From assembly GCA_050575255.1 (NCBI GenBank), contig JBNZDD010013683.1:1021282-1085281 (forward strand): a DNA stretch of 64,000 nt, read 5' to 3'. The stretch is from Harriotta raleighana (taxonomy: Eukaryota). This document shows positions 50,303 to 63,800 of this stretch, piece after piece. Made by a program: the position numbers and the translations under genes. Under the pieces are notes generated by a model, which did not search any database, was not told the origin of the DNA, and saw nothing but the letters and a program-made list of their open reading frames with translations. Numbering within the stretch: the stretch's first letter is position 1; each line of letters begins with the position of its first letter.

Positions 50303-50610
50303 GGAGTCCTATAGCTCCATGGTTAGAGCACTTGCCTTGCAAGCTAGAGACCCGGGTTCGATTGCAGGCAAGTGGTGAAATCTTGGGCAAGTTTCCTTAC
50401 TCCACACACCTGATAATAATTTTGAATAATAAAAAAAACTGGTCATTTCAATCCATAACCGCTTGTGAGACACTGCTGGGCGCAAATGGCTGCCGCATTT
50501 TGCCCACATATATACAGTCAAATCTAATTTACAGTATGTTCTGTGAAGCGTTTTGAGACATCCAGAAGGTGTGAAAAGCACTCTATCAAATGCAAGGATT
50601 ATTATTATTA
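50303..50610 (+). mobile_element. young tRNA-derived SINE, full length (short subtype)
   Basis: A-box-like TAGCTCCATGG, loop CTTGCAA (tRNA-Ala-like), B-box GGTTCGATT, (ATT)n tail. Confidence 0.92.
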
Positions 50611-51319
50611 AATCAATTTAAATTGTATTCAAGGAATTTACATGATGCATTGTCTACGCATTGTAGTCTACCACGTAATCAGTAGGAATTAAATTCATTT
50701 GACTGGAATAATCCATATTTTTCCAAATGGCCAAATCAATTGCAATGAGAGCAGATACAGAAAATAAATTCTGCATCTTCAGTTTCTCTTATGTCTTTGA
50801 TAATTGTTGAAGGTGAGCTTCCTGCATTGTTACAGATCATTAATGAAACAGCCGGTCTGTGTGTGTAAAAAAAAATTCCACAAACAGGGAAGTAAGACAA
50901 TATGGGATATAGAATTACCGCTGGTTTCACTTGTAATCTGTGTAATCTGTCAGTCTCTTGTGCTCCATTTGACTTATTCTAATGTATTTATCTGTCAGCC
51001 TATTTCGCTCCATCTAATCTGTCAGGTGCTGAAAGACCGAATTCCAACCAGCATACCAATGAGATACCCTCCTTCCAGATGCACACTTTGACACTTTGTT
51101 AAAAATGGACGTAGATAGTGCAGAGGAGTTGTTGTCTATCTTATATATACACTGCAAGCAATAGATTAATATACGCGCTTTGAGATGTCTCAAAGATATG
51201 ATAAGGCGCTATATCAAATACAAAGATTATTATACAGTATTTTGGAAATATGGTAACATTAAGGAAATGTGCGTGGAGCGAAATGCGAAAGAGGAAATGC
51301 GGATATAAAAGGAAGTAAC

Positions 51320-51570
51320 ATTGAACATTCTGTCATAAATATAAATATAGGATCTAAAAAGAGTGTTTAGAAAGAATGTTTTTATTGTATAGGTGATGAG
51401 AATTCAGAATTTATTGCCATGGTTGAAGCAGAAAGCATCAAGATACTGAGAGGAAACTTGATGCATATAGAATGGAGAATGGAGGGGTATAGCAAACTAT
51501 ATAAGAAAATTAGGAGTGGTTGCACTGAATGAACCATTTCTGTGCTATAATGTTCTATTTAATTCTTAGG
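51320..51570 (+). mobile_element. old CR1 3' end
   Basis: tttagaaagaatgtttttat...ggttgaagcagaaagcatc...ctgaatgaaccatttctgtgctataatgttctat. Confidence 0.6.
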
Positions 51571-51762
51571 ATCTGAATGTTCCTTATTTCAGTTAAAGAA
51601 TCATTTGTATATTAATTCCCTGCTGTACAGATCAGAGACAGACACCCGTTTAACAGCAAAATTGACATGTATTCATACAAATGTCTTCTGGATTGTACTC
51701 ACACATGAGTTCCATATGCTTTTCTTTGCTCTATAATTTCACCCACAAATATACAGTCAATT

Positions 51763-51935
51763 TTCCTACTTTCCTTCCCCCGATCCCTGCCCCCCCCACT
51801 TGACTGTTCAGCGCCTTGGGACGTCCTCCCGACTNATTCCTACTTTCCTTCCCCCGACCCCTGCCCCCCCACTTGACTGTTCAGCGCCTTGGGACGTCCT
51901 CCCGACTTGAAAGGCACTATATAAATGTAATTTTG
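51763..51935 (+). mobile_element. L2 3' UTR/tail, duplicated across n 51835
   Basis: C-rich UTR plus tcagcgccttgggacgtcctcccgac occurs twice. Confidence 0.8.
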
Positions 51936-52174
51936 ATTTTGATTGATTGATTGATATGACTTTCCTTGTCCCTTTCCCTTAAAAAAAAGTGCTAACAGCA
52001 GATAATTGAAGGAAATTTAAAGAGTAAAAATCTGCCTCAAGATATTTTTAAAAAGTAAAAATCTCAACCAAACAATTTTGGCTCATGAATGAGTGCAGTT
52101 CATCTTAATATCGTAGCAGAGTTATGGCCAAAGGAAGTACGAACCAATTGTGAATGCAAATGGACATGCGTAAC

Positions 52175-52425
52175 AACAATAATAATAATTGGGGCATTTT
52201 GATATCGTGCCTTATCATGTCTTTGGGACATCTCAAAATGCTTCACATAAGATATTGTAAAGTGTATTGAATGTCTAATTTGGGGGTGAATTGTGCACAG
52301 CAGTGTAACACAGTGCCATGGATTGAAGTCAGCAATAAGTTTTTTTTTTATCTTTGAACTATTGTAACGGCCGGAAAGTGATCCACCTATCGTCCACCAA
52401 CCAGGGTCCTCGGTAAATAGAGGCA
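52175..52425 (-). mobile_element. SINE (long subtype), degenerate
   Basis: tail plus ccggaaagtgatccacc...ggtaaatagaggca internal module. Confidence 0.75.
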
Positions 52426-54446
52426 GGTTCAGTTAGTAGGAGGCGATTTCAATGGGTGCTCGGAGTGGAGTGAAAGCTGGTCAGAGCAAGTGAGACAACA
52501 TGTCACTGAGTCACAACAGCATAGGACCCTCTCACTGCCTCAGGCCACATGTAGTTGCACGAGCCTATCAGCTTCAGTGGTCACAACCAGGAGGTTTCAT
52601 GGTTGCAGTTGCATTCGCTTCTATCAGTTCATGTTTAAATATCATTCATTCTTGGCACAAGCGTCAATATTTCAGAAAGGGTGATATTTCACTTATACTG
52701 ACAACAATCGTTCTCACAAGAGCTTTGCATTCCATTTAAATATCTCGAGGCAGATTATAAATGCCGGCAGTACTCCTTTTGTCAATGCCTATAGGACTCC
52801 TATTAGAAATATGCTGATTATAATTACCTAGACTGTATTAGATGTTCAAATGGATGGTTTCTCTTTTAGACACAAGGGACAAAGGAAAGGTAACAGTACA
52901 CTGGCAAGCAGGGTAATCCCAATGGTTAGGACATGTTTGAAACATCCATCTTATTTCCTTACTATTGCAGTCTCAGTCATATATTCAGTTACACAATGTT
53001 TGCTTTGCAAAAACAAGGAATATGCACTCTTGTATCCTTTAATCACATGGCATTAAGTCTAGCTGCCTTGATGCCTGTCACAGTCATGGTCCTGTAGACC
53101 AATAATGGATTGGATGGAAACACATGAGATTGCAAAGACATACAGTAGCTCCCACACGACTGAAGGAACATCCAATTTATCTGGCTGCGAACATTTATTC
53201 TCATTGCTGGTCTAACTGAACTTGACAGGGAACTTTTAACAACTGTCATGAATTTCTCCTCCAGAGGTCAAGGTTAGAGTACTTACTTTTGTAAGGTTGA
53301 AGAACTAGCAAAGATTATTAGAACACTTGTATTGAGGGCTAATCAAGATCTGAAGAAGGAAAAGAATTGGCAGCACGTTTCACTTTCACCGCTGGTAATC
53401 AAAAAACATAGATCGATCAGACAGTTGTGGATCCTTTGCTCATTCTATCTTAAATGCAGGCTGCAATTGAAGGCCCATGTTTCAATTATTATACCGCAAA
53501 TAAATCTCATTTTATGCCATAATAGACAGTGGCTGACACTGCAAATAGCCGTTCAAAGTAAGTAGAATTTATCTTTCCATATGCACAAGTTAAAAAAAAC
53601 AGCATTTCCCTGTTCAGCTTACAACTGAAATTCTACTTTTCTAATATTAAATAGTAATGCTTAGCAGAATATTTGACAGAATAGTAAAGTTAATGTTTAT
53701 GAAAATTATGCGTCCAAATGAACCATTTACACTAACTAAAAAGTACAGTAGTTAGCAAAGAATGAGGTGTTCATACTCAGCGGATTGAACAGCTCTGCAG
53801 TTTGGAGGAACAGAATGAATGCCATTGAGCATACAAGATTGTGTACATGGACTGCAAAATGAAATGAAAATAACTCGCATTGTGCACTTAATAGAATAGA
53901 TTTTCTTTAGAAATAAATGACGATGGGGGATTGTGTATTCCAGTTAAATAGAGAAGTCATTTTGTGCATTGCCCACACTTCTCCAGGGTGACTGGGAGCA
54001 CACAGTATTCAAATAAAGACAGAAATGGTTATCACTAGTGTAGGTCAATAACTTCTGAAGGAGAAGGATAGTTTAACAATTTGGATCTATTTCTTTGTCA
54101 GATATCCGCCTCCCACCTTCCCTCCAATACTTTCCTCTCCCTCTCTTTTTTTTTGATANCAATAGGATAGTGAGTGATAGAAGGATAGTTTAACAATTTG
54201 GATCTATTTCTTTGTCAGATATCCCCCTCCCACCTTCCCTCCAATACTTTCCTCTCCCTCTCTTTTTTTTTGATAATTAGTTCCTTTTGATAATAAAACA
54301 CAGATTTTCACCATAGCACCACAACTTTAACCAATTTTAACCTAATGGTGCATCAATATAATGCAACACAAGTGATGTGAACACTGGATGTTCCATTGTC
54401 CAATAAGTTACTTGTTAGATCATTGTAACACTGCATTACCCTGAAT

Positions 54447-54722
54447 TAATAACAACAAAATTACATTCACGTCGGGAGGATGTCCAAGGTGCTGGATTAA
54501 CACACCAAGTCTTTAAAGGAGTCACATCAGCAAGATTCACAAACCAGATTTGCTGTGTTAAATGCCACTTCCAGTTTGTGAATATTGGAAATCTTGTCTA
54601 ATAACAACAACAAAAAAAACATTTCTGCTATTAGCAGGCAGAGAAAGAGAGGGCAGGGTGAAGATAATGTAGGAGACAGTTCCAGGGAGCAGAGACTAAA
54701 GTAGCTGAAAGCTCACCCGGCT
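54447..54722 (-). mobile_element. two L2 3' fragments
   Basis: (CAA)n tails at 54447 and 54602; gttccagggagcagagact...gctgaaagctc resembles 41020-41055. Confidence 0.55.
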
Positions 54723-55869
54723 GTCAGCAAATGGTTTTACTTTGACTCATCATGAGAACTGCTCCTGAAGTCTTCAGTGTTATATTCGTTGAATTTAGCA
54801 ACCAATAGATTGAGTGGATTAGAGTGACAGAGATCTGTAATGCTTCCACTCCTAGGTACCAGTGCTGCTGAATGTGCAGCAATCCAACTCTAACATTGTA
54901 TTTTGCTAGCTGACTACTTGGGACCTAGTTTTCAAATAACTGAGACTAATGGAGCCTGGATCAAGCCCATTTTATGTTTCACACCAGAATACGAGGCAGC
55001 AACAGAAATGTGAACATTGGGGCACCTGTCTAAAGCTACATGTGTGAAGACACTTTCTGTGTTGGGTGCATACCTTCCCCTGACCTGCAGTAAGGACATG
55101 GCAGCCCTAGCTTGGCAGGCAGGCACGCTGTGTGCTCAGTGTGCTGGGTGCAGGAAGCACTATCTACAATAATTGTTGAATGTGCTGTGTGCTATCTTCA
55201 CAAGTCGGATTTTGGTGTCCTGAAGCTTTCTCAAATAGACTCATCCCCATGTTTAGACAACCATGGCACAACACAAAAGGCTCAGTAATAATAATAATAC
55301 TACTAATAATAATACAAACCTAAAGGCAGTTCAGAAGCAAACAATTCTGAAATCTGGACTGAAATGTGCTTCACAGGAGATTCTCCAAGGGCTGCTCTGA
55401 TCTTCCGCTATTAGTACAAATCCACTATTTAGTACAAATCCGAAAGAATGGGAAGACCTGAAGGTTTGATTTGGTCCTCTTCCATCACACAAACAGGATC
55501 AACTGAATTTAAATGCCTTTCACAGCCTTTTAAAACATGACATGTTAATTCGTTGATGTTATCAAATGCGTCACATTCCTGACAGCAGATGCTCACTGGA
55601 GGGAAATAAAAACATCTAAACATTTTGAATATTGCTTACAAAGGCTGGTGACTAAGCCGATGAATAATATCTCAGTGTTCATTTTCCATGGTTGTGCTCC
55701 CTTAACTGAAATAAAAAGCCTCACAAAATCCACGGTAATGACTAATACCTCTTTGCCAGTACAATACTATCATTTCTTCTTAAGACAGACTGGTGTGGAG
55801 CAGTTAATATCAAGCAGCGAAACTCAACTCACATCAAATTAATAGAGCGATGGCATTGCTGTGTTATGA

Positions 55870-55908
55870 GTGTATGTGTGTATGTTTGTGTGTGTGTGTG
55901 TGTGTGTG
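55870..55908. repeat. (TG)n microsatellite
   Basis: seen directly. Confidence 0.95.
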
Positions 55909-57431
55909 CTAATGAGTATGCCCTTGCTACCGAGCAATTGAGCAAGTGTGCTATAATGTGTGTAGAAGCCTCACATTTTTGAAACCACAGCAATGGGTAC
56001 ACACTTTTGCACAGTGTCCAGAAGGGGGAGTTCCTGATCCCATCCATACTGCTGGAGAAAATGAGGAAGGCAGGTTTGACACTTCTGCATGGGAATAATG
56101 GCAAGAGACCCGCAAGCAGCTTTCCAAGTGTGAAGAGAAAGAGAAGTGAACAATGGGGAGGAAAACAAAGGAGAGTTTCTGCTGTGTCTGGCTGTGAGAT
56201 GTCTGGAGTTATTATTTCAGATTATTGGCTGTTCCATCAGACAGGATATTCCTGTGTACCTCAGGTTTGTTGGTGTCTGATTAGAGACCATGAGGGGATA
56301 CTGCTATGTTTACAATGCTTAATGGGGAAACAAGCCTTCAGATGGAACTCTGAGCTGTCTGTCTAAAGTATTTAACTGGAAACTTGACACACGCATGAGG
56401 GAGAAGAGAATAGAGGTATGAGAGAGGGGATTAGGAATAGAGGCTCACATGGATGATAAAAACTGAAACTGGTCAAGTTGAACAGCTTCTTTCCATGCCG
56501 TATAAGTCACTCTAATACTAGTCCCCATTGCAGTGGCAAACTGAATGATTGCATTTTAGAAAATGGCTTTGAAAGGTAGGAACAGCGTGAGGCCATTCCC
56601 ATCTGTCTGTCATCTTATTAGATCATTGCAGAATTTTTAATCGAATGTGCCTGCCTTTTACCCCAACTTCCACTTATCTATCTTTTAAAAATCCATTGTA
56701 ATAATCTGACTCTAAACCTGAACGACTAAAATTAGTCTTAAGCCAAAACATGCTCTTCTGCCATGAGGCCAATAAACTGGCTTTCAGTTGAGAAAAGGTA
56801 ACTGGTTCCAATGCACAATATGGACCGGTGGAAGTCACATTAAGTTATGTGTTGAATGCTCTGAACTGCAACAGGGCAGAAGGCGGTGATAAACTTTTCT
56901 TCAGTATAACATGCCGCACCTGGTCATGTGGAAACTGATTTGAGTAGAATGTTATTTGTTGTGTTAAGTCAATGGTCAGATAGTGCTGCTCCTGCTTGTG
57001 GTACCTTAAACCACGTGTACCAAAGTGAGAACTGTTCTCCTTCACCCGGAGTCAAGGTTGATAAGATTTCAGTACAGTAGAAAGCCAAGCCATGTGTAAA
57101 ACAGGTGCAAATAAGATGTGACAGTAATTGAATCTATTGGAGCCTGAGACAGGCCCAGGAACATGCAACATTAAGGTTGTGTACAGTATGGCAAGTCTGA
57201 GTGGTTGAAGGCACAAAGACACAACATGTTGCAAAACATTACATGCCAAGTGAATGACTTGATTCACGTGGAATTTAAACAGGATCCACTTATTTGAGTT
57301 GCAGTGACGTCCTGCACTACACCCAGGCCTATGGAGCGTAATCCGATGGTAAAATGTGTGACCGAGGCTGCCTTTCAATGCTGCAAGACTATGGTTATGC
57401 ATGCGCTGAATCTGTCAGAGGGTCTGACATC

Positions 57432-57850
57432 AGTTGCCAGCCCGGCTCAGCTGGTGGTACTCTCGCCTCTGATTCAGAATGTTATGGGCAGAGGCGCCAT
57501 ATCGGAAGTGTGAGCTCACACTCTTGTCTAATCCTCCAATTCAGGCCTGTGGGAATGCTGCACTGTCAGAGGTGCCACCTTCCAGATGAGATGTGAACCG
57601 AGGTTCCAGTCTGGTGGACATTAAAGACGCTGTGATGCTACGCAAGACGAGAAGGGATTTTCTGCAGGTGTGCAGGCCATCCATCCTGCAGACAGAATTA
57701 TTTATTTGATTCATGGCTGTTTATGGGACCATGCCATGAGCAAAATTGGCTATCCCATTTGCTTACAGTGTATAAAGTATGGTACTGTATATCCTTTGAA
57801 GGTTTTTGAGATGTTTTGACCATGTGATGAGACTGTATCAAACGTAATAA
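57432..57850 (+). mobile_element. Deu-domain SINE (SacSINE1-like), full length, degenerate
   Basis: head ggctcagctggtggtactctcgcctctgattcagaa; Deu core gctgcactgtcagaggtgcc..ttccagatgagatgtgaaccgagg. Confidence 0.8.
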
Positions 57851-58109
57851 TTAGGATTTAAGGATTTAAGGATTTAAGACAACTATAACCTGGGAGAATC
57901 AGCTATGAGAAAACTAGCAAGGGCAGATGTTAAAGTTGGCACCATGTGATGGATGATTAATTTACAGAGTTTAGGGGGGAGATTAAGGGACTGATTACAA
58001 GAATGTTGCAGATTAGTTTTATTCCAATAGTAATTCTATGAATTTCATCTGCTTGTGTGCATTCACATTGTAGGTGGTAATAATCTCTCTGAAAAATATA
58101 TTATAAGAA

Positions 58110-58260
58110 TTTGGTCACTCAATCCATGTGTGGAATTGGCCGCAACGTTTCACCCACAAAATATTCAGTAAATTCATTTTACAGTATATTCCGTGAAGCG
58201 CTTTGAGACATCTCGAAGATTGATAAGGCGCCATATCAAACACAAGGATTATCATTATTA
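58110..58260 (+). mobile_element. young SINE, 3' half
   Basis: family body and tail. Confidence 0.85.
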
Positions 58261-60385
58261 CAGGATTATAATCTCCAATTACAAGTGAAAGATTTCTTTT
58301 TAAGAAGATCACATATTAAAGGGAAGGTTCAGAAACAATTGTTCTTTACCCAGAGGGTGGATATAATGTGCACTTCTCAGGCACAATCTGTTGAGGCAAA
58401 GTTCAGAATTGGTCTTCAAAGGGAATTAGATCAGATAATAACATGACTTTATTGCCTGGCCCAAGTCTCAAACAGCTCTTCACGCTGTATGGAATCTGCC
58501 GGCTCATAGCACTGATTCGGTGGATATTCTCATTCCACTTGCATGCCCTGCTCAGGGGCTGTTGTATTACTCTTTCCAGAAAGGTTGGTTCTGATTTTGC
58601 TTTTGGAATTCAGAGCATCGATGCTCATTAGATTCAGAGACAACATTGATGCGGAACTGAATGATTTTCATTTTGTGTTCTGTGCCCACATTAAATACTA
58701 TTACACATCATCAGGTGTGACATGAGCCTTATGCCACGCAGAGCCTCCTGAGAGAAGCAGCTCCCATCACCTCTTTAAACACCAGGGTGACATTTCCTTT
58801 CCAAAGCACTCCACCGTAATGACCTCTATAAATGATTGCCAAATTAATTCAAATTAGTGCGGCAATGGAGGATGGATCTGTGCTGTGAACTGTTGTACCC
58901 AGTGGGAACAGGAATGAAATTGCCCTTCACTTGGGATCCTTAAAAGCCAGCAGAGTGAAAAGAAACAATCTTTCCCGTGCAATTATACTGTTTATTTGCC
59001 AAGAGAAAGCCAGTTCTAAGCGAACTAGTGGACATTTCAGAATAGTAATTAATGCTAACAGGCAGCTGCATTCAGAGTCGGAGACCAGAAGGAATACACC
59101 ACAAAAACATTTCTTCCCCATCCTAATGCATCTTTAAGTTGAACCTTCTTGACCTCTTTCCCAAAGGGAGTTAATCTGTGAATCTGTCTGTCGAACTTCA
59201 CATAGGCTGTGTGAATGCAACTTCCTTATACCACCTGAATTTCAGCTCTGAAAACCTGTTACACTAGCACCCAGTAGGTTAGAGAATTTTACTGTTCACA
59301 ATTGGATTGTCTCTAANTTATCATTATTACAGGATTATAATCTCCAATTACAAGTGAAAGATTTCTTTTTAAGAAGATCACATATTAAAGGGAAGGTTCA
59401 GAAACAATTGTTCTTTACCCAGAGGGTGGATATAATGTGCACTTCTCAGGCACAATCTGTTGAGGCAAAGTTCAGAATTGGTCTTCAAAGGGAATTAGAT
59501 CAGATAATAACATGACTTTATTGCCTGGCCCAAGTCTCAAACAGCTCTTCACGCTGTATGGAATCTGCCGGCTCATAGCACTGATTCGGTGGATATTCTC
59601 ATTCCACTTGCATGCCCTGCTCAGGGGCTGTTGTATTACTCTTTCCAGAAAGGTTGGTTCTGATTTTGCTTTTGGAATTCAGAGCATCGATGCTCATTAG
59701 ATTCAGAGACAACATTGATGCGGAACTGAATGATTTTCATTTTGTGTTCTGTGCCCACATTAAATACTATTACACATCATCAGGTGTGACATGAGCCTTA
59801 TGCCACGCAGAGCCTCCTGAGAGAAGCAGCTCCCATCACCTCTTTAAACACCAGGGTGACATTTCCTTTCCAAAGCACTCCACCGTAATGACCTCTATAA
59901 ATGATTGCCAAATTAATTCAAATTAGTGCGGCAATGGAGGATGGATCTGTGCTGTGAACTGTTGTACCCAGTGGGAACAGGAATGAAATTGCCCTTCACT
60001 TGGGATCCTTAAAAGCCAGCAGAGTGAAAAGAAACAATCTTTCCCGTGCAATTATACTGTTTATTTGCCAAGAGAAAGCCAGTTCTAAGCGAACTAGTGG
60101 ACATTTCAGAATAGTAATTAATGCTAACAGGCAGCTGCATTCAGAGTCGGAGACCAGAAGGAATACACCACAAAAACATTTCTTCCCCATCCTAATGCAT
60201 CTTTAAGTTGAACCTTCTTGACCTCTTTCCCAAAGGGAGTTAATCTGTGAATCTGTCTGTCGAACTTCACATAGGCTGTGTGAATGCAACTTCCTTATAC
60301 CACCTGAATTTCAGCTCTGAAAACCTGTTACACTAGCACCCAGTAGGTTAGAGAATTTTACTGTTCACAATTGGATTGTCTCTAA
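58249..60385. other. 1068-bp exact tandem duplication around n 59317 (probable assembly artefact)
   Basis: 58249-59316 equals 59318-60385; ORF track is duplicated at offset 1069; each copy contains an old CR1 fragment (58310-58440 and its duplicate). Confidence 0.9.
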
Positions 60386-60959
60386 TTGGGTGTAACCAGT
60401 TCTCTACTCCACAGAGAGACGTGATGGATAGTTAGCTGGAACAGACTATTGTCTTTGAAGTATTTGGTGATGGCTTTTAGCAATGCTGGCTGGGTCAGGT
60501 GGCCAATGTTCATCTTAATGTTATGTCAAACTAGGCTGTCATTGTTCATCTTTTTTTAAAAACTGTTGAAAAAACAGTACCTTGGAGATCGAATCGCATC
60601 AATTCTACAAACAATAGTACAATCAGAGAATCTTGGTGAATGGTCAAAGCCTGTAGCCCAGGGAAACCCACCACAGTGAAATTAGTTGGGGGATGAGGAG
60701 ATAAATTGAGTAGTTATTTTCATTAGGTGATTGAGACTTGAGTTTTGAAAATCTCCAATTAGTAAGAGAAGCAAGGATTATTGTTGTCTTGAAGTTCTGG
60801 GAAACAATGAGTTGGAGTTTTTTTTAAATGGATTTGGAAACTAGTACAGTAATTAGGAACCTAAGAAGGGGAGACAGACTTCTATAGTTCAGAAGAGGGT
60901 TGTAAATAGAGGACAGCGGGAGTACTTAAGGGTAAAAATAGCGAAACAAAGGTAGCAGA

Positions 60960-61088
60960 ACAGTTTAATGTCTCATCCGAATGCAGCACTGCTTTAGAGC
61001 ATCAGAACAGACCATAAAATTCTGGCGTGGGGCTCGAACCTATAATCTGATTCAAATGCGAGATTGTTACCGATTGAGCCAGGCTGAC
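60960..61088 (-). mobile_element. Deu-type SINE 5' part
   Basis: gtttaatgtctcatccgaa...ggggctcgaacc...accgattgagccaggctgac. Confidence 0.7.
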
Positions 61089-62869
61089 CCAGGACATTGT
61101 GATGAATTTACTGAGCATTAATTTTGTAATGTGCGGGCCAGCTGTTTCTTTCCATCTCTTGAATTGAAAAAATGCCTTGACAATGTGATAAGGAATGTCC
61201 CCCATTTAATTTAAAATCGTGGAAACGCATTCGCTAGTTTCATGGGGATTAAGGAAATTTACTGGGAGGAATTCTCTATTTTCTATAATTGGCAGCAACC
61301 AGTTCTCCAGAGAAAGGATTGACAGATTGCTGGAGCAGAAACTATTCTCTGTGGGCTGCCTGGTGACAGCTCTTAGCAGTGCTGGCTGGGTCGGGTCAGG
61401 TGTAGTACAAGTTAGCAGCATAATGGTGAGGCCTCATGTAAAACATTACCCTGATCGATGCAGTTTCTACTGCAGCCTCATACCAGTTACTAGCCATCCC
61501 CTCTTCACCCTCTGCAATAGCAAACCAAGGCACCTGACCCATACAAATAGGCAATGAATGGTATTTAATGCTAAACAATGATTGAGTAATGGTAGAGCAT
61601 TTTGATGGTTGGTATCGTAGAATAATTTATCATTGGGTAAATAAATGGCATGGCAGTGAAAATAGATATTGGCTGTTATCTGATTGCCTATAAAGTTTAA
61701 TGAATTATGGATGTTTTATCACTGGTGAGGGGACTTTAAATGTGTCCATAAGCAATTCAGGCACAAAATAATGGTCACCACTATGGTAACAAGTAAAGAA
61801 ACACCGAGAACAGCATCGTGACTGATCTTTGCAATTAGAACTACAATGGGAATCAACGATAAACAGTGTGCCATTTCAGGACCAAAGGCTTGTAAGGATT
61901 ATATTTGGTTTTAAACCGAGCTTGTAGAAACACCGACAAAATGTTCAACGTGATTCAACAATTGGATGAGCTTCATAGATTCCATAATCACAATTTGTCT
62001 TTTGCAACACCTAATGGTTACTGTAAAGAATTATAAGAATGTACAAAACTAACAAATAGTTATTTGCATTACTCACAAAATTAATAACCCTTTTCATTTA
62101 TTATTCAGTATAAAAGAGTTTGCTTGATTAAATTTTATGTGAATGTACAAATTACCTTTAAGCAAGAAAATAGACTGACAAAAGACTACTGGATGCCATA
62201 ACGTTTCCCCTGATCTAGAAGATGTATGGTAATATGTACAACTGTTTTGACAGACAGCCAGGTTAAGCAGATTTATCAATTTAATGAAGTCCAACTCCTG
62301 TCTGAATACAATTACCATTTAATCCAGCTTCTCAACATCTAGCAAAGTGCATGTGGAGCTCTCCTGGGCAGAATTTCAGTGCTGAAGGATATGACTCTTC
62401 TTGGAAAAAGACTCCATGATGCTTTAACAAACTGCACCACACATCAAAATACTGCAAGCATTACGCTGTCAAATTGTTTCTCTTTGTACTGTATCTTCAT
62501 TTAACCATTGAATTGCATTGTACACCAAGGTCTATTAATTGCAATGCATTTTGAAAACTTTAATCTGTGTGTTGGTTTCAAAACCTGCCCAGAGAAACCT
62601 GCGATTTTAAGTCTGAAAGTACATGATCTGTCGGAGACTATTGTCCAACTTCAATCACACAATGTTCACCAAAATGAAAGGAGTGCACTAAAAACAAGGA
62701 AAGACTGTAGCAGTGATCAAGTTCACTACATTTTTAACAATGCACATCCTTTTAAGAAATGCAGAATTTGTCAAGTGAGCAATCTGTAGAAAGTCTTTAA
62801 ACAATAAGGATTAAGTTGCTGCAGAATGGATCTGGCTGATGCCAAATTTTGTGTTTGTCTGCGATCAGA

Positions 62870-63180
62870 AAATAGACATGTCAATTTTAATTATCGAGAT
62901 AAGATTTTATGACATGGCCAATTAAGTAATGAATGGCAGGTTCAAACAAGGAATTCAACCTAAATAAAATGCTGTTGATGGTAAATGGGAGCAACATGCA
63001 ACTTATGGTATACTTCAAAAAGTTATGTTTCCTTGCAGTATTAATAGTTGAATGTGGTGTGCAGCTAAGATTATTGATTGCCTGTTTTAATAGCCTTATC
63101 TAATAAGTAACGTTGGTGGCTATTGTAAGACAGTAGGTAATCGAAAAGAGAAGCATTAATCTGCCAAACACTAATGTTAC
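62870..63180. promoter_or_regulatory. candidate conserved non-coding element
   Basis: TTTTATGAC, CAATTA, TGATTG and TAATC motifs in repeat-free sequence; not verified. Confidence 0.3.
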
Positions 63181-63440
63181 AGGAGGGCAGGTTTAACCAT
63201 TGTCCAAAACCTACAGGAAAGGGAAACATGTGTGTGATATAGCTCTGCGAAGAGGAGCTTTGAATGTTTACTGTTATTTTCCTAAGGAACACATGTGAAG
63301 AATAAATGGACAGCAGAACACAGAGCAGTGTGTGCATCAAACAAATAAATTAGCTAAGAGTGGCCCTCCATTTGATCTCACAGAGAGAGTTATTTTGGAC
63401 ATAAAAGTTAACTATGCAGCATAACCCCCAAAGACCCTGA

Positions 63441-63680
63441 GGTCAAATTTTTAGAGTATATCTTAATAGATTTCTTAATTAAGAAATGGACTCCTTGACG
63501 AGGAACTCTGAGCTGGAACTCCTCCCATTAACTAGATGTATATCATGCACATCGCTCCATCTCAAGGGAAGTCCTCTCCAAAAATAGATTGAGTTTGAGT
63601 GGTGTTCCCATGAGTCAATATCATGGATTACTGAAATTCTTAATTAAGAAATCCATTAAGAAAAACTGCAAAATCAAACC
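63441..63680. mobile_element. degenerate MITE-like inverted-repeat element
   Basis: 63461-63485 versus 63637-63661 match 24/25 as reverse complements; weaker similarity extends outward. Confidence 0.5.
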
Positions 63681-63749
63681 CTCTCAGTCACTCTGTTACA
63701 ATGTAAGTTTTATTGCTCTTCTGATACAGAGAGACAGTCTGGGAGGCAA

Positions 63750-63800
63750 AACAACAATGACAACAAAATTATATTGGTATAGTGCCTTTCATGTCGGGTG
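63750..63800 (-). mobile_element. L2 3'-tail-only fragment
   Basis: caacaaaatt...tatagtgcctttcatgtcggg. Confidence 0.7.

Noticed and set aside
50303-50375. tRNA-like sequence with A/B boxes
   Set aside because: SINE head continuing into the SINE body; no proper acceptor stem or Pol III terminator.
51763-51907. ~72-bp tandem duplication in an L2 tail
   Set aside because: Centred on a single n (51835); artefact.
53287-53304. Possible 18-nt minus-strand micro-exon (ctttgctag|...AAA|gtaagt)
   Set aside because: Weak pyrimidine tract; such matches are expected by chance in 64 kb.
54062-54275. ~97-bp near-tandem duplication
   Set aside because: Flanks a single n (54159) with low-quality contig-end bases; artefact.
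55971-56366. Overlapping ORFs and a strong minus-strand acceptor near 56051
   Set aside because: No good donor and no protein-like or recognisable translation.
640-58260. Recurrent 30-60-bp motif (atcaaatgcaagg...) as a possible CRISPR-like array
   Set aside because: Dispersed, in both orientations, irregularly spaced and with microsatellite tails; these are retroposon 3' ends in a vertebrate genome.
58249-60385. 1068-bp perfect tandem duplication with duplicated ORFs
   Set aside because: The copies appear identical and are separated by exactly one n, typical of unmerged overlapping contig ends. Read depth or long reads would confirm.
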